Assembly: GCA_963826115.1 (NCBI GenBank)
Contig: CAWGVS010000005.1
Location: 1,568,001-1,632,000, forward strand
Direction of reading: 5' to 3'
Source: an uncultured Candidatus Rokubacteria bacterium
Lineage (GTDB): Bacteria; Methylomirabilota; Methylomirabilia; Rokubacteriales; DASRDR01
DNA length: 64,000 bases
This document shows, in pieces, positions 9,745-19,310 of the stretch. The position numbers were made by a program, and so were the translations under genes. Below the pieces are notes generated by a model. The model did no database searches. It had not been told where the DNA came from and worked only from the letters and a program-made list of their open reading frames with translations. How positions within the stretch are numbered: the first letter of the stretch is position 1; each line of letters opens with the position of its first letter.

Positions 9745-10932
9745 TCAGAAGGGGTAGTCGAGGCCGACGTAGATCGCCGCGCCCTCGCGGCTGTAGGCGA
9801 TCTCGATGTGCCCGACGACGCTCGGTGGCGCGAGCCCGCGGAGGCCCAGGCCGGGCGTGACCTCGAAGCGCGTGTCCATGAACTGCTCCGCAGAGTTGAA
9901 CACCTTGCCGAAGTCGACGAACGGCGCGACCTCGAACTCGGCGTCGACGCCGAAGATCTTCATCTTCAGCACCTTGGCTCGGATCTCGGCGTTCAGCAGG
10001 AGCCGCGCGTCGCCGTAGAACCGGTTCTCGCCGAAGCCCCTCAGGGTGTCGACGCTACCGAGGGTCGGCAGGACCTGGAACGGCGTGTTCGAGTCCCCGG
10101 AGGTGCCCTCGAAGAGCCCGCGCGCCACGAAGATCAATCGGCGGTCGAAGAACGGCTGGAGCCAGATCGCCTCCACCCCGGCCTTCAGGTAGTCGGCGTC
10201 GCTCCCGAGGAGCTCGGTGGAGGCCTCCCCGAACAGGCTCAGGAAGAACCCCTCGGTCGGCGTGGTCAGCGAGTTGCGGCTGTCGTAGATCAGCGCGACG
10301 CGCTGCGCGTGGACGGTCGCGCCCTGGACCCCGGGCAGATCCGGGAAGAGGTCGCCCGTGAAGGGCAGGCCCGGCACGCCGCCCTTTCCGACCTCGAACC
10401 GCTGGAGGGTCTCGCCGAGGGACAGCCGCATCGTGCGGGTGATGTTCACGCCGAACAGGGCATAGACCCCGGTCGTCTCGAGGGTCATGTTCGACTCGTC
10501 CTCCTTCTTCGACGAGGGGCCGATGCCGAAGAAGCGGACGGAGGACACGCGCTGGTGCAGGAGCTGGAAGTCGGCGTGGAACCGGCCACCGAACACGTCG
10601 AGGTTCTTGTACTGGAGCTTCAGCTCCCGGTCGATGTGCTCCGAGTACGAGGCGATGATCTCCAGGCGCTCGAGCGCGCTCGCGTACAGAAAGTAGCGGA
10701 ACGTGCCCGTCACGCCTCGGATCTCGTTCCACGTCACCGACGGCGCGATGATGCTCCGGACCTGGCCATCGGCATCCTTGAACATCCACACCGGGAGGAC
10801 CCCGTAGGTCTCGCCCTCGTTCGGGTCGGTGTCGAACGCGGGCAAGGGGAAGAACGAGTACGTGGTCTCCCCGGCCGCCGCGCCGGGCAGCAGGAGCAAG
10901 CAGCCGACGAGGAGCGCGGCGAGAGGCCTCAG
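9745..10932 (-). CDS. Omp85/BamA-TamA-type outer-membrane beta-barrel protein
   Basis: Signal peptide (LAALLVGCLLLLPGAAAG), LRGFGENRF (VRGF-like loop motif), terminal ...YVGLDYPF beta signal; the only suitable start is CTG 10932 overlapping the upstream TGA. Confidence 0.8.
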   Translation of the reverse strand: MRPLAALLVGCLLLLPGAAAGETTYSFFPLPAFDTDPNEGETYGVLPVWMFKDADGQVRSIIAPSVTWNEIRGVTGTFRYFLYASALERLEIIASYSEHIDRELKLQYKNLDVFGGRFHADFQLLHQRVSSVRFFGIGPSSKKEDESNMTLETTGVYALFGVNITRTMRLSLGETLQRFEVGKGGVPGLPFTGDLFPDLPGVQGATVHAQRVALIYDSRNSLTTPTEGFFLSLFGEASTELLGSDADYLKAGVEAIWLQPFFDRRLIFVARGLFEGTSGDSNTPFQVLPTLGSVDTLRGFGENRFYGDARLLLNAEIRAKVLKMKIFGVDAEFEVAPFVDFGKVFNSAEQFMDTRFEVTPGLGLRGLAPPSVVGHIEIAYSREGAAIYVGLDYPF

Positions 10933-11666
10933 GGGTCGCCCGGGGTGTCGACGAATGCCCGGAGGAACCGCGCGAGGCTCCCGAGCGCCAGGCGTGAGCG
11001 TTGCCCGAGACGCCACGCGGGGCCGATGAGCGAGGGACGCGCCAGGAGGCGGGCCGCCACCCACGGGCGCGTCCGGCCGTCCGGCCCCACGACCTCGAAG
11101 AGGGCGCGGGGCACCTCGTCCTCCGGGCCGTCGGCGACGGCCCGGACGGTGAGCGCGGGGATCCCGGTCCGCCGGGCCCAATCCAGGACGTGCGCGCTCT
11201 CCATGTCGACGGCCAGCGCGCCTCGCGTCCGCCAGCACTCCGCCTTGGCGGCCGGACTCGTCGCGACCTCGTCCAGCGTGAGGAGCGGGCCGACGCGGTA
11301 GCGGAGGCCCGCGCGCTCCAGGGCGCGCACGGCGCGCCGCCGGAGCCCGGGATCCCCTTCGTTTCCCGGGCGGCCCGCGGCGAGTGTCGTCACGGCGATC
11401 GGCGACCACGACGTCGGCCGGGCGGAGATCCGGCGCGCAGCCGCCGGCGAGCCCGGTCACGAGGAGAGCGCCGGGCATCCCGGGGAGCCGGGGAAGGTCC
11501 ACGCGCGAGAGGGCGACGGCTCGGGGGCCCACGGTGCGGACGGTCAGCCCGCGCCGCGCGGCCGGCGGCAGTCCCCGGAGGAGCCCGCGGGCCTCCAGGG
11601 CGAGGCCGACGACGACGAGGAGACCATCGCCGGGCGGCGGGCGCGTGGGCGGAGCCCCGGCGTCAC
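10929..11666 (-). pseudogene. hpnG: Adenosylhopane nucleosidase/phosphorylase (PNP_UDP_1 family), frameshifted
   Basis: VVGLALEAR and GLAGGCAPDLRPADVVVAD are in one frame; AVDMESA and VRAVAD are in another (shift near 11394). The start GTG 11666 needs a second shift near 11625-11660. Confidence 0.75.
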
Positions 11667-12010
11667 GGCGGCGGAGAAACCGCCGTCCGGCCGGCCTTCT
11701 CCGCCTGCTTCCGGGCGAGCCAGGCGGCGTAGGACTTCCCGGCCGCGGTGTCCTTCCCCGTGAAGAGGATGGTGCGCACCTCCGCAAAGAGGACACGGTA
11801 TGGCCCGCCGCCCTCGGCGTCGAACATCTCGAGGTACGGCTCCGCAGCGTCCGCATCGCGGTTGAACACGTAGCCGTGGAGCTCGGTGCCGTCCCGCCTC
11901 ACGACCGTGGTGTTGCCGCGGTAGTCGAAGGCCAGCTCGACGATGCGGGCGAGAGGGAAGTCGGCGTCCGGCTCGGGCGCCCATCCCTCGAGGGTCTTCT
12001 CGCCCTCCAT
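11663..12010 (-). CDS. Conserved hypothetical protein (115 aa) in hpn operon
   Basis: ATG 12010 overlaps the hpnH stop; protein-like sequence AFDYRGNTT...GYVFNR...FTGKDTAAGKSYAAW. Confidence 0.75.
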   Translation of the reverse strand: MEGEKTLEGWAPEPDADFPLARIVELAFDYRGNTTVVRRDGTELHGYVFNRDADAAEPYLEMFDAEGGGPYRVLFAEVRTILFTGKDTAAGKSYAAWLARKQAEKAGRTAVSPPP

Positions 12011-13032
12011 CACGCGCGTCCGGTCACGGTGGCCACCACCGTGTCCCGGAATCCGCGCAAGCTCGAGAACGTCTCCTGGACGGCCGTGGCCTCGAACCCG
12101 CAGTGGACCATGCAGTCGCGGCACTTCTCGTTGCCGCTCCGCTTCCCGTAGCGCTCCCAGTGGGTGGTCGCCATCAGGTCCTGGAAGCTCGAGGCGTAGC
12201 CCTCCTGCAGGAGGTAGCAGGGGCGCTGCCAGCCGAACATGTTGAAGGTGGGGTTCCCCCAGGGCGTGCACTCGTAGTCCCGCTTCCCCATGAGGAACTG
12301 GAGGAACAGCGGGGACTGGTTGAACCGCCACCGCCGCTTCGGGCTGGACAGGATGCGGCTGAAGAGATCGTTCGCGCGCTGCTTGCGCAGGAAGTGCTCC
12401 TGGTCCGGGGCCTTGGAGTAGCTGTAGCCCGGTGAGACCATCATCCCCTCGACGCCCAGGTCCATCATCGCGTCGAAGAACTGCCGGACCCGCTCGGGGT
12501 TGGCGCCCTCGAACAGGGTGGTGTTCGTCGTCACGCGGAACCCGCGGCGGAGCGCCTCCCGGATCCCCTCGACCGCCTGGTCGAACACGCCGTCCTTGCA
12601 GACCGCCTCGTCGTGCTCCTCCCGGAGGCCGTCCATGTGGATGCTGAAGGAGAGGTACTTGGACGGCGTGAAGAGCCCGGTCTCGAGCTTCTCCTTCAGG
12701 AGGATGGCGTTCGTGCAGAGGTAGACGTACTTCCTCCGCGCCACCAGCTCGGCCACGAGCCGTCCGATGTCGGGGTACATCAGCGGCTCGCCGCCCGGGA
12801 TCGACACGATCGGGGCACCGCACTCGTCGACCGCCTTGAGGCACTGCTCGACCGTCACGTGCTTCCGGAGGATCTGGCCCGGGTACTGGATCTTCCCGCA
12901 GCCCGCACAGGCGAGGTTGCACCGGAACAGCGGCTCGAGCATGAGGACGAGGGGGTATCGCTTCCGGCCGCGGAAGCGCTGCGCGAGCACGTAGCTCGCC
13001 ACGGTCCACATCTGCGAAATAGGTACGCTCAT
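12010..13032 (-). CDS. hpnH: Adenosyl-hopene transferase, radical SAM
   Basis: YPLVLMLEPLFRCNLACAGCGKI, GGEPL, CTPWG, PCYLL, CRDCMVHCG. Confidence 0.95.
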   Translation of the reverse strand: MSVPISQMWTVASYVLAQRFRGRKRYPLVLMLEPLFRCNLACAGCGKIQYPGQILRKHVTVEQCLKAVDECGAPIVSIPGGEPLMYPDIGRLVAELVARRKYVYLCTNAILLKEKLETGLFTPSKYLSFSIHMDGLREEHDEAVCKDGVFDQAVEGIREALRRGFRVTTNTTLFEGANPERVRQFFDAMMDLGVEGMMVSPGYSYSKAPDQEHFLRKQRANDLFSRILSSPKRRWRFNQSPLFLQFLMGKRDYECTPWGNPTFNMFGWQRPCYLLQEGYASSFQDLMATTHWERYGKRSGNEKCRDCMVHCGFEATAVQETFSSLRGFRDTVVATVTGRA

Positions 13033-13051
13033 AGGCTCCGTTCGCGGGGTC

Positions 13052-13891
13052 TCACGCGGGCTCGCCGGCGCGCGCCGGCGGCCGCCGACCCGTCGACCGC
13101 TCCCGCGACCGTAGAGAGCATACTACAAGGCCCGCCAGCGGCACGTGGATGAGGGTCCCCGCTAACAGGAGACCGGGCTCGGCCACCGCGGCCGTGACCG
13201 CCAGGTTGAAGACCAGCACGAGGTAGTAGAGCCCGACGGCCTGGCGCTCGTGCGGGGGCCAGCGCCGGCCCCACGCGGGGGGCGCGCCGCCGACGCGGGG
13301 CGCGATGGCGGCCCAGCCCCAGGCGATCAGGAAGCCGACGACCACCCAGCCTCCGAAGTTCGCCGCGGGGACGCCGAAGTACCAGCCCGGCTCCGGGTAG
13401 TAGAAGATCCGCCCGAGAAACCACCGCTCCCCCCGCACCGCCAGCGGGTCGATCACGACGTCGAGCCACATCATCAGGAGGCCCGTGAGCGCCGCCACGC
13501 GGAGGCCGGCGCCGGGCCCGGCGGCGCGCCCGCCGAGAAGCTGCCTTGCCAGCCCGAGGCTCGCGTACGCGAGGAAGGTGAAGGACAGAAAGTCGAAGAG
13601 CGGCACGTTCGAGACGTACAGCTCGCGCCCGGCCGTCCCCCCCGTGTAGTGGTACAGGCCGAACGGGACGCCGGTGCGGGTCGAGCTCCACTCGGCGAGG
13701 AACGCGAGGCTTCCCGCCCACGCGGTGAAGGCGACCGCGCGCCGCCACCCCCACGCCGCGGTCGCCGCGGTCAGGTAGACGGCGAGGAACCCGAACACGT
13801 ACGGGCGCAGCGCGAGGCTGCCCCACGCGCGCCCGAGCGTCTCGACGAGGAAAAGGTGGTCGCCGCCGCCCATCGGCCCCGAGCCACCCAT
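13052..13891 (-). CDS. CruF-like (carotenoid biosynthesis) integral membrane protein
   Basis: AEWSSTRTGVPFGLYHY, DVVIDP, YFGVPAANFGGW; multiple TM helices. Confidence 0.8.
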   Translation of the reverse strand: MGGSGPMGGGDHLFLVETLGRAWGSLALRPYVFGFLAVYLTAATAAWGWRRAVAFTAWAGSLAFLAEWSSTRTGVPFGLYHYTGGTAGRELYVSNVPLFDFLSFTFLAYASLGLARQLLGGRAAGPGAGLRVAALTGLLMMWLDVVIDPLAVRGERWFLGRIFYYPEPGWYFGVPAANFGGWVVVGFLIAWGWAAIAPRVGGAPPAWGRRWPPHERQAVGLYYLVLVFNLAVTAAVAEPGLLLAGTLIHVPLAGLVVCSLRSRERSTGRRPPARAGEPA

Positions 13892-13926
13892 GCTACACTA
13901 ACCGTCGGCCTGCCGGACCAACGACC

Positions 13927-15819
13927 ATGCTAGATACGAGCCGAGTCGACGCGGCGCTTCAGCGCTCGCAGGACCATCTGCTGCGGCTCCAGGCCCCGGC
14001 CGGTTTCTGGCTCGGGGAGCTCGAGGCCGACACCACCATCACGTCCGAGTATCTGCTGCTCCGCCATCTCCTGGGGACCCCGGACCGTGACCTCGAGCGG
14101 CGGGCGCTCCCCTACCTCCGAGATCGGCAGGGCTCCGACGGCTCCTGGAACCTCTACGAGGCCGGCGCGGGCGATCTCTCCGCGACCATCAAGGCCTACT
14201 TCGCCATGAAGATGGCCGGCGTCTCGCAGAACGACCCGGCGCTCTCCCGAGCGCGCGAGTGGGTGCTGGAGCGCGGTGGCCCCACCCAGGCCAACGTGTT
14301 CACCAAGATCACCCTCGCGCTGTTCGGGCAGTACCCGTGGGGCGGCGTGCCGGCGATGCCGGTCGAGATCATGCTCCTCCCCCGCTGGTCCTACTTCAAC
14401 GTCTGGGAGATCTCCTACTGGTCGCGGACCGTCCTCATCCCGCTCCTCATCGTGATGGACCGCCGGCCGCTCCACCCCGTCCCACGCGAGGCGGGGATCG
14501 ACGAGCTGTGGGCCCACCACCTCCATCTCGACGATCCGGCCTACGCGCGGCGCGGGCTCGTCTCGTGGAAGAACGTCTTCATCGGCATCGACGGCTTCCT
14601 GAAAACGTGGGAGGGCTTCGGCCCGCGGCCCTGGAGGGGTCAAGCGATCCGGGCGGCTCACGACTGGCTGGTGCCCCGGATGTCGGTGCCCGGTGGTCTG
14701 GGCGGGATCTACCCCGCCATGGTGAACGGGATCCTCGCGATGCGGCTCCTGGGCTACCCGGACGACCACAGCCTGATCACCGGTCAGCTCAAGGAGATCG
14801 AGGCCCTCGGCATCGAGGAGCCGCAGCGCTTCCACATGCAGCCATGCGTCTCCCCGGTCTGGGACACGTCGCTGGCCGTCAACGCGCTCCTTGCGTCCGG
14901 GCTGCCGGCCGGACACCCGGCCCTCGTCCGCGCGTCGGACTGGCTCCTGGACCGCCAGGTCGTGGCGGAGCCGGGCGACTGGCAGGTCAAGCGCCCAGGG
15001 CTCGAGTCCGGCGGGTGGGCCTTCCAGTTCGACAACCCCTACTACCCGGACCTCGACGACACCGCGGTGGTCGCGATGGGGCTCCACCAGATCGATCACC
15101 CCGATGACGGCCGGCGGCGCCTGGCCATCGAGCGCGCCGTCCGGTGGCTCCGGGGGATGCAGGGCAAGGACGGGGGCTGGGCGTCGTTCGACACCGACCA
15201 GACGCGCCTCCTGTTCAACAACATCCCCTTCGCGGACCACGGCGCGCTCCTCGATCCGGCCACCGAGGACCTCACCGCACGCTGCATCGACTGCTTCGGA
15301 CGGCTCGGCGTGCCCGTCGACGATCCGGCGATCCAGCGCGGGGTCGCGTTCCTCCGCCGCACGCAGACCGCCGAGGGCGCGTGGCACGGTCGCTGGGGCG
15401 TGAACTACCTCTACGGCACCTGGTCGGTGCTGCGCGCCTGCGAGGCGATCGGGCTCGGCCCGGAGGACCCGATGGTCAAGCGGGCGATCCGGTGGCTCGA
15501 GGCTCGCCAGAACCCCGACGGGGGCTGGGGCGAGACGTGCGACTCGTACGCCGACCCGCCCTTGAAGGGCCGCGGGATCTCGGGGCCCAGCCAGACGGCC
15601 TGGGCCCTCCTCGGGCTGATGGCCGCGGGACAGGCGCGCAGCTCCGCGGTCGAGCGTGGGATCGGGTTCCTCGTGCGGACCCAGCGCGCGGACGGCGGGT
15701 GGGACGACGCCCTGTGGAATGGGACCGGCTTCCCCCGGGTCTTCTACCTGCAGTACCATCTCTACGCCCACTACTTCCCGCTGTGGGCGCTCGGGACCTG
15801 GCGCCGGGTCACGCCGTAG
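13927..15819 (+). CDS. shc: Squalene-hopene cyclase
   Basis: DLDDTA catalytic DxDD; QW repeats (QGSDGSW, QGKDGGW, QNPDGGWGE); GTGFPRVFYL. Confidence 0.97.
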   Translation: MLDTSRVDAALQRSQDHLLRLQAPAGFWLGELEADTTITSEYLLLRHLLGTPDRDLERRALPYLRDRQGSDGSWNLYEAGAGDLSATIKAYFAMKMAGVSQNDPALSRAREWVLERGGPTQANVFTKITLALFGQYPWGGVPAMPVEIMLLPRWSYFNVWEISYWSRTVLIPLLIVMDRRPLHPVPREAGIDELWAHHLHLDDPAYARRGLVSWKNVFIGIDGFLKTWEGFGPRPWRGQAIRAAHDWLVPRMSVPGGLGGIYPAMVNGILAMRLLGYPDDHSLITGQLKEIEALGIEEPQRFHMQPCVSPVWDTSLAVNALLASGLPAGHPALVRASDWLLDRQVVAEPGDWQVKRPGLESGGWAFQFDNPYYPDLDDTAVVAMGLHQIDHPDDGRRRLAIERAVRWLRGMQGKDGGWASFDTDQTRLLFNNIPFADHGALLDPATEDLTARCIDCFGRLGVPVDDPAIQRGVAFLRRTQTAEGAWHGRWGVNYLYGTWSVLRACEAIGLGPEDPMVKRAIRWLEARQNPDGGWGETCDSYADPPLKGRGISGPSQTAWALLGLMAAGQARSSAVERGIGFLVRTQRADGGWDDALWNGTGFPRVFYLQYHLYAHYFPLWALGTWRRVTP

Positions 15820-15857
15820 AGCCCGGCGGGAGCCCGTCCACAGTTCGTTCACCGCGA

Positions 15858-16643
15858 ATGTCCGGCTCGCTCGTCCTCGACTCCATTCAGGGTCTCGGGC
15901 GGTTCGGCCTCGACACCCTCTCGGCGCTCGGGCGGTTCGGCGTCTTCCTGGGGGAGGCGCTCCGCTGGGCGGTGGTCCCCCCGTTCAAGGTCCGCCAGAC
16001 GATCCAGCGGATCTGGTTCATCGGCTTCCGATCGATGTCGGTCATCCTCCTGACCGGCGCGTTCACGGGAATGGTGCTCGGGCTCCAGGGCATGCTGATG
16101 CTGCAGCGGGTCGGCTCCGAGGCCTTCGTCGGCCCGCTGGTGGCCATCGCGCTCGTGCGGGAGCTGGGGCCGGTGCTGGCCGCACTCATGGTGACCGGGC
16201 GCGCCGGCTCGGCGCTGGCCGCCGAGATCGGCGTCATGCGCATCACCGAGCAGATCGACGCCCTGACCGTCATGGCGCTGAACCCGATGCGGTACCTGGT
16301 GGTGCCGACCCTGGTGGCGGGTGTGATCGCCCTGCCCCTCCTGACCTGGGTGTTCGACGTGGTCGGCATCTACGGCGGCTACCTCGTGACCGTGAAGCTC
16401 TTCGGGATGTCGTCGGGCACCTACTTCGGGCAGATCCGGGCCTTCCTCGACACCGGCGACATCTGGGTCGGGTTCTGGAAGGCACTCGTCTTCGGGCTCG
16501 TCATCACCTGGGTCGCCTGCTACAAGGGGTTTCACGTCGGCCACGGCGCCGAGGGCGTCGGACGCGCCACGACCGAGTCGGTCGTGCTCGCGTCGGTGCT
16601 CATCCTGGTGCTCGACTACCTCCTCGGCTCGGTGCTCCCGTGA
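15858..16643 (+). CDS. mlaE: Mla/Ttg2 ABC permease
   Basis: RELGPVLAALMVTGRAGSALAAEIGVMRITEQIDAL, GAEGVGRATT. Confidence 0.93.
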   Translation: MSGSLVLDSIQGLGRFGLDTLSALGRFGVFLGEALRWAVVPPFKVRQTIQRIWFIGFRSMSVILLTGAFTGMVLGLQGMLMLQRVGSEAFVGPLVAIALVRELGPVLAALMVTGRAGSALAAEIGVMRITEQIDALTVMALNPMRYLVVPTLVAGVIALPLLTWVFDVVGIYGGYLVTVKLFGMSSGTYFGQIRAFLDTGDIWVGFWKALVFGLVITWVACYKGFHVGHGAEGVGRATTESVVLASVLILVLDYLLGSVLP

Positions 16644-17401
16644 CCGGCTCCGCCGCGCCCGCCATGCGGGTGGAGGGGCTCCGCAAGCGCTTCGGGAGCC
16701 AGGAGGTCCTGCGCGGCATCGACCTCGAGATCGCCCCGTCCGAGCTGATGGTCGTCATCGGGCGCTCGGGCGGCGGCAAGTCGGTGTTCCTGCGGCACCT
16801 GCTCGGGCTGGTCCGGCCCGACGGCGGGCGCGTGCTGATCGACGGCGAGGACGTCGGGCGCCTCCGCGGGCAGGCCCTCGACCGCGTGCGCGAGCGCTTC
16901 GGCGTCGTGTTCCAGGGCGGCGCCCTGTTCGACTCCTCGACGGTGCTCGAGAACGTGCTGTTCCCGATCCGGGAGCGCCGGCGGTACCCCGCGGGCGAGC
17001 TCCTGCCTCGCGCCCACGAGGCGCTGGCGCAGGTCGGGCTCGGCGAGATGGGCCACAAGTTCCCGGCCGAGATCTCGGGCGGCATGCGCAAGCGCGTGGC
17101 CATCGCGCGCGCGCTGGTCACCGAGCCCCAGGTGGTGTTCCTCGACGAGCCGACCACGGGGCTCGATCCGATTCTGGTCAACTCCATCCATCACCTGATC
17201 GTCGGTCTGCATCGAAAGTTCGGCTTCACGGCCGTCATGGTCAGCCACGAGATCCCGGAGATCTTCAAGATCGCCGACCGCGTCGCCATGCTGCACGAGG
17301 GGCGGATCCACGTCGTCGGCAGTCCCGAGGAGATCCAGGGCTCGACTGATCCGGCCGTGCGACGATTCATCCACGGCGAGGTCGAGGAGCAGGCAGTCTA
17401 G
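16640..17401 (+). CDS. mlaF: Mla ABC ATP-binding protein
   Basis: Walker A GRSGGGKS, FQGGALFDS, ISGGMRKRVAIARA, DEPTTGLDP; GTGA overlap with mlaE. Confidence 0.93.
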   Translation: MTGSAAPAMRVEGLRKRFGSQEVLRGIDLEIAPSELMVVIGRSGGGKSVFLRHLLGLVRPDGGRVLIDGEDVGRLRGQALDRVRERFGVVFQGGALFDSSTVLENVLFPIRERRRYPAGELLPRAHEALAQVGLGEMGHKFPAEISGGMRKRVAIARALVTEPQVVFLDEPTTGLDPILVNSIHHLIVGLHRKFGFTAVMVSHEIPEIFKIADRVAMLHEGRIHVVGSPEEIQGSTDPAVRRFIHGEVEEQAV

Positions 17402-17432
17402 TCGGAGCGCTGGAAGGAGGCCGGACGGCGCC

Positions 17433-17870
17433 ATGGGTCGACGAGTGGAGCTTGGGGTCGGGCTGTTCATGGTCGTGGGAGTTCTGGCACTGGCGTACCT
17501 GTCCATGAACCTGGGCCGGGTCGACGTCCTGGGGCGACAGGGGTACGTCGTCTACGCGGACTTCCCCACCGTCGGGGGGCTGAAGTCGGGCGCCGCGGTG
17601 GAGATCGCCGGCGTCTCGGTCGGGCGCGTGCAGTCGATCGGGCTCAAGGACTACCAGGCCCGGGTGACGCTCCGGATCGACACCGACGTGAAGCTCCAGA
17701 CCGACGCGATCGCGTCGATCAAGACCAAGGGCCTCATCGGTGAGAAGTTCGTCCAGATCAGCCCCGGGGGGTCGGAGAAGCTGGTCCCCGCCGGCGGACG
17801 CCTGACCGAGGTCGAGGCGCCCGTCGACATCGAGGAGTTGATCTCGAAGTACGTCTTCGGCAAGGTGTAG
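17433..17870 (+). CDS. mlaD: MCE-domain protein
   Basis: N-terminal TM, GGLKSGAAVEIAGVSVGRV, KTKGLIGEKFV. Confidence 0.93.
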   Translation: MGRRVELGVGLFMVVGVLALAYLSMNLGRVDVLGRQGYVVYADFPTVGGLKSGAAVEIAGVSVGRVQSIGLKDYQARVTLRIDTDVKLQTDAIASIKTKGLIGEKFVQISPGGSEKLVPAGGRLTEVEAPVDIEELISKYVFGKV

Positions 17871-17874
17871 AGCC

Positions 17875-19284
17875 ATGCGCCAGCCGCGGCTGTCCGCTCG
17901 GGACGCGCTTCTCGCCGTCGCCCTGGTCTCCGCGCTGCTCCCGGGGATCGCCGGCGCTCAGGGCCAGAGCCCCGCCCCGGCGTCGAACGCCGTGCGCATG
18001 AACCTCGAGGACAGCCTGCGCGCAGCGCTCGGGCGGAGCCCGGAGACGCGCCAGGCGATCGCCGAGGTCGAGGGCTATCGCGGCAAGCAGCTCCAGGCCC
18101 TCGGGATCGGACGCCCGCAGATCGAGCTCCAGACGGTGGTCGGCCCGTCGCCCCGCGCCCGCGGCAACCAGGTCTCCTCGCCCGACGACCAGTACTCCCC
18201 GGACATCACCGGGGCGTTCGTCCGGGGCACGGTCAGCGTCCTCCAGCCGATCTTCACTTGGGGCCTGATCGAGAACGCCCGCATGGCCGCCGATCACGGC
18301 GTGCGCGCCGCGCAGGCGGGCGTTGACGTCAAGAGCACCGAGGTCGCGCTCCGCGTGAAGCAGGCGTACTGGGGCGCGGTGACCGCCAAGGCGATCCGCG
18401 CCTTCCTCCTCGAGGTTCGGGACCAGGTCGACCTGGCGATCGCGCGGACCGAGCGGCTGGTCGAGGGCGGGTACGCGACCGACATCGACCTCTACCGGTT
18501 CCGCTCCAAGCGCGGCGAGCTCGAGCGGTTCATCAACCTCGCGGACAAGACGGTCGACATCGCCACCCAGGCTCTGGGAACGTGGACGGGCAAGCCCAGG
18601 GGAGTGCCGGTCGACCCGGCGGACGAGATGCTCCCCGAGACCGTGACGCGCATCCCGGCGGTGGATCAGTACGTCGAGACCGCGCTGTCGGGCCGGCCCG
18701 AGTTCTCCCAGCTCCGGGAGGGCATCGAGGCCCGGCGGCGGCTGGTGGAGGTCGAGCGCAAGCAGGGCTATCCGCTCTTCTTCGTCGGCATCCTCGGCGA
18801 TCTGGCGTATGCGACGAACCGGGATCGTCTCGAGAACCCCTACGTCATCGATCCCCTGTACCACACCGCGGTCGGGCCGGTGATCGGCTTCAAGTACAGC
18901 CTCGACTTCGGCATCCGCGCGGGCAAGATCAAGGAGGCGCAGGCCGAGGTCCAGAAGCTCGAGGCCTTGCGCGACCACGCGCTCGACGGGATCCCGCTCC
19001 AGGTCCGCGACGCGTACAACACCGTCGTGGAGTCCGAGCGGAACATGCGGGTCCTGTCCGAGGCCTTCGACAACGCCAAGCAGTGGCTGGTCGCCAGCTC
19101 GTCGAACACGGACCTGGGGGTCGGCGATCCCGACGACCTGGCGGACGCCTTCGTGCAGTACGCTCGCACGCGCGCCGACTACCTCCAGGCGGTCTACGCC
19201 TACGTCTTCGGTCTCGAGCAGCTCGCCCATGCGGCGGGCCAGGACGTCGCCGAGGTGCAGCGGCTGTCCACGCTCAAGCCGTGA
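17875..19284 (+). CDS. TolC-family outer-membrane efflux protein
   Basis: Signal peptide, repeated coiled-coil/beta OEP architecture (QPIFTWG; RVKQAYW; QVRDAY). Confidence 0.82.
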   Translation: MRQPRLSARDALLAVALVSALLPGIAGAQGQSPAPASNAVRMNLEDSLRAALGRSPETRQAIAEVEGYRGKQLQALGIGRPQIELQTVVGPSPRARGNQVSSPDDQYSPDITGAFVRGTVSVLQPIFTWGLIENARMAADHGVRAAQAGVDVKSTEVALRVKQAYWGAVTAKAIRAFLLEVRDQVDLAIARTERLVEGGYATDIDLYRFRSKRGELERFINLADKTVDIATQALGTWTGKPRGVPVDPADEMLPETVTRIPAVDQYVETALSGRPEFSQLREGIEARRRLVEVERKQGYPLFFVGILGDLAYATNRDRLENPYVIDPLYHTAVGPVIGFKYSLDFGIRAGKIKEAQAEVQKLEALRDHALDGIPLQVRDAYNTVVESERNMRVLSEAFDNAKQWLVASSSNTDLGVGDPDDLADAFVQYARTRADYLQAVYAYVFGLEQLAHAAGQDVAEVQRLSTLKP

Positions 19285-19310
19285 GAGACTCTTTCCGGAG
19301 GACCGAACGC

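Noticed and set aside
9745-11856. Apparent HpnG-Omp85 fusion
   Set aside because: Artefact of the hpnG frameshift; the intervening translation is nonsense and Omp85 has its own signal peptide
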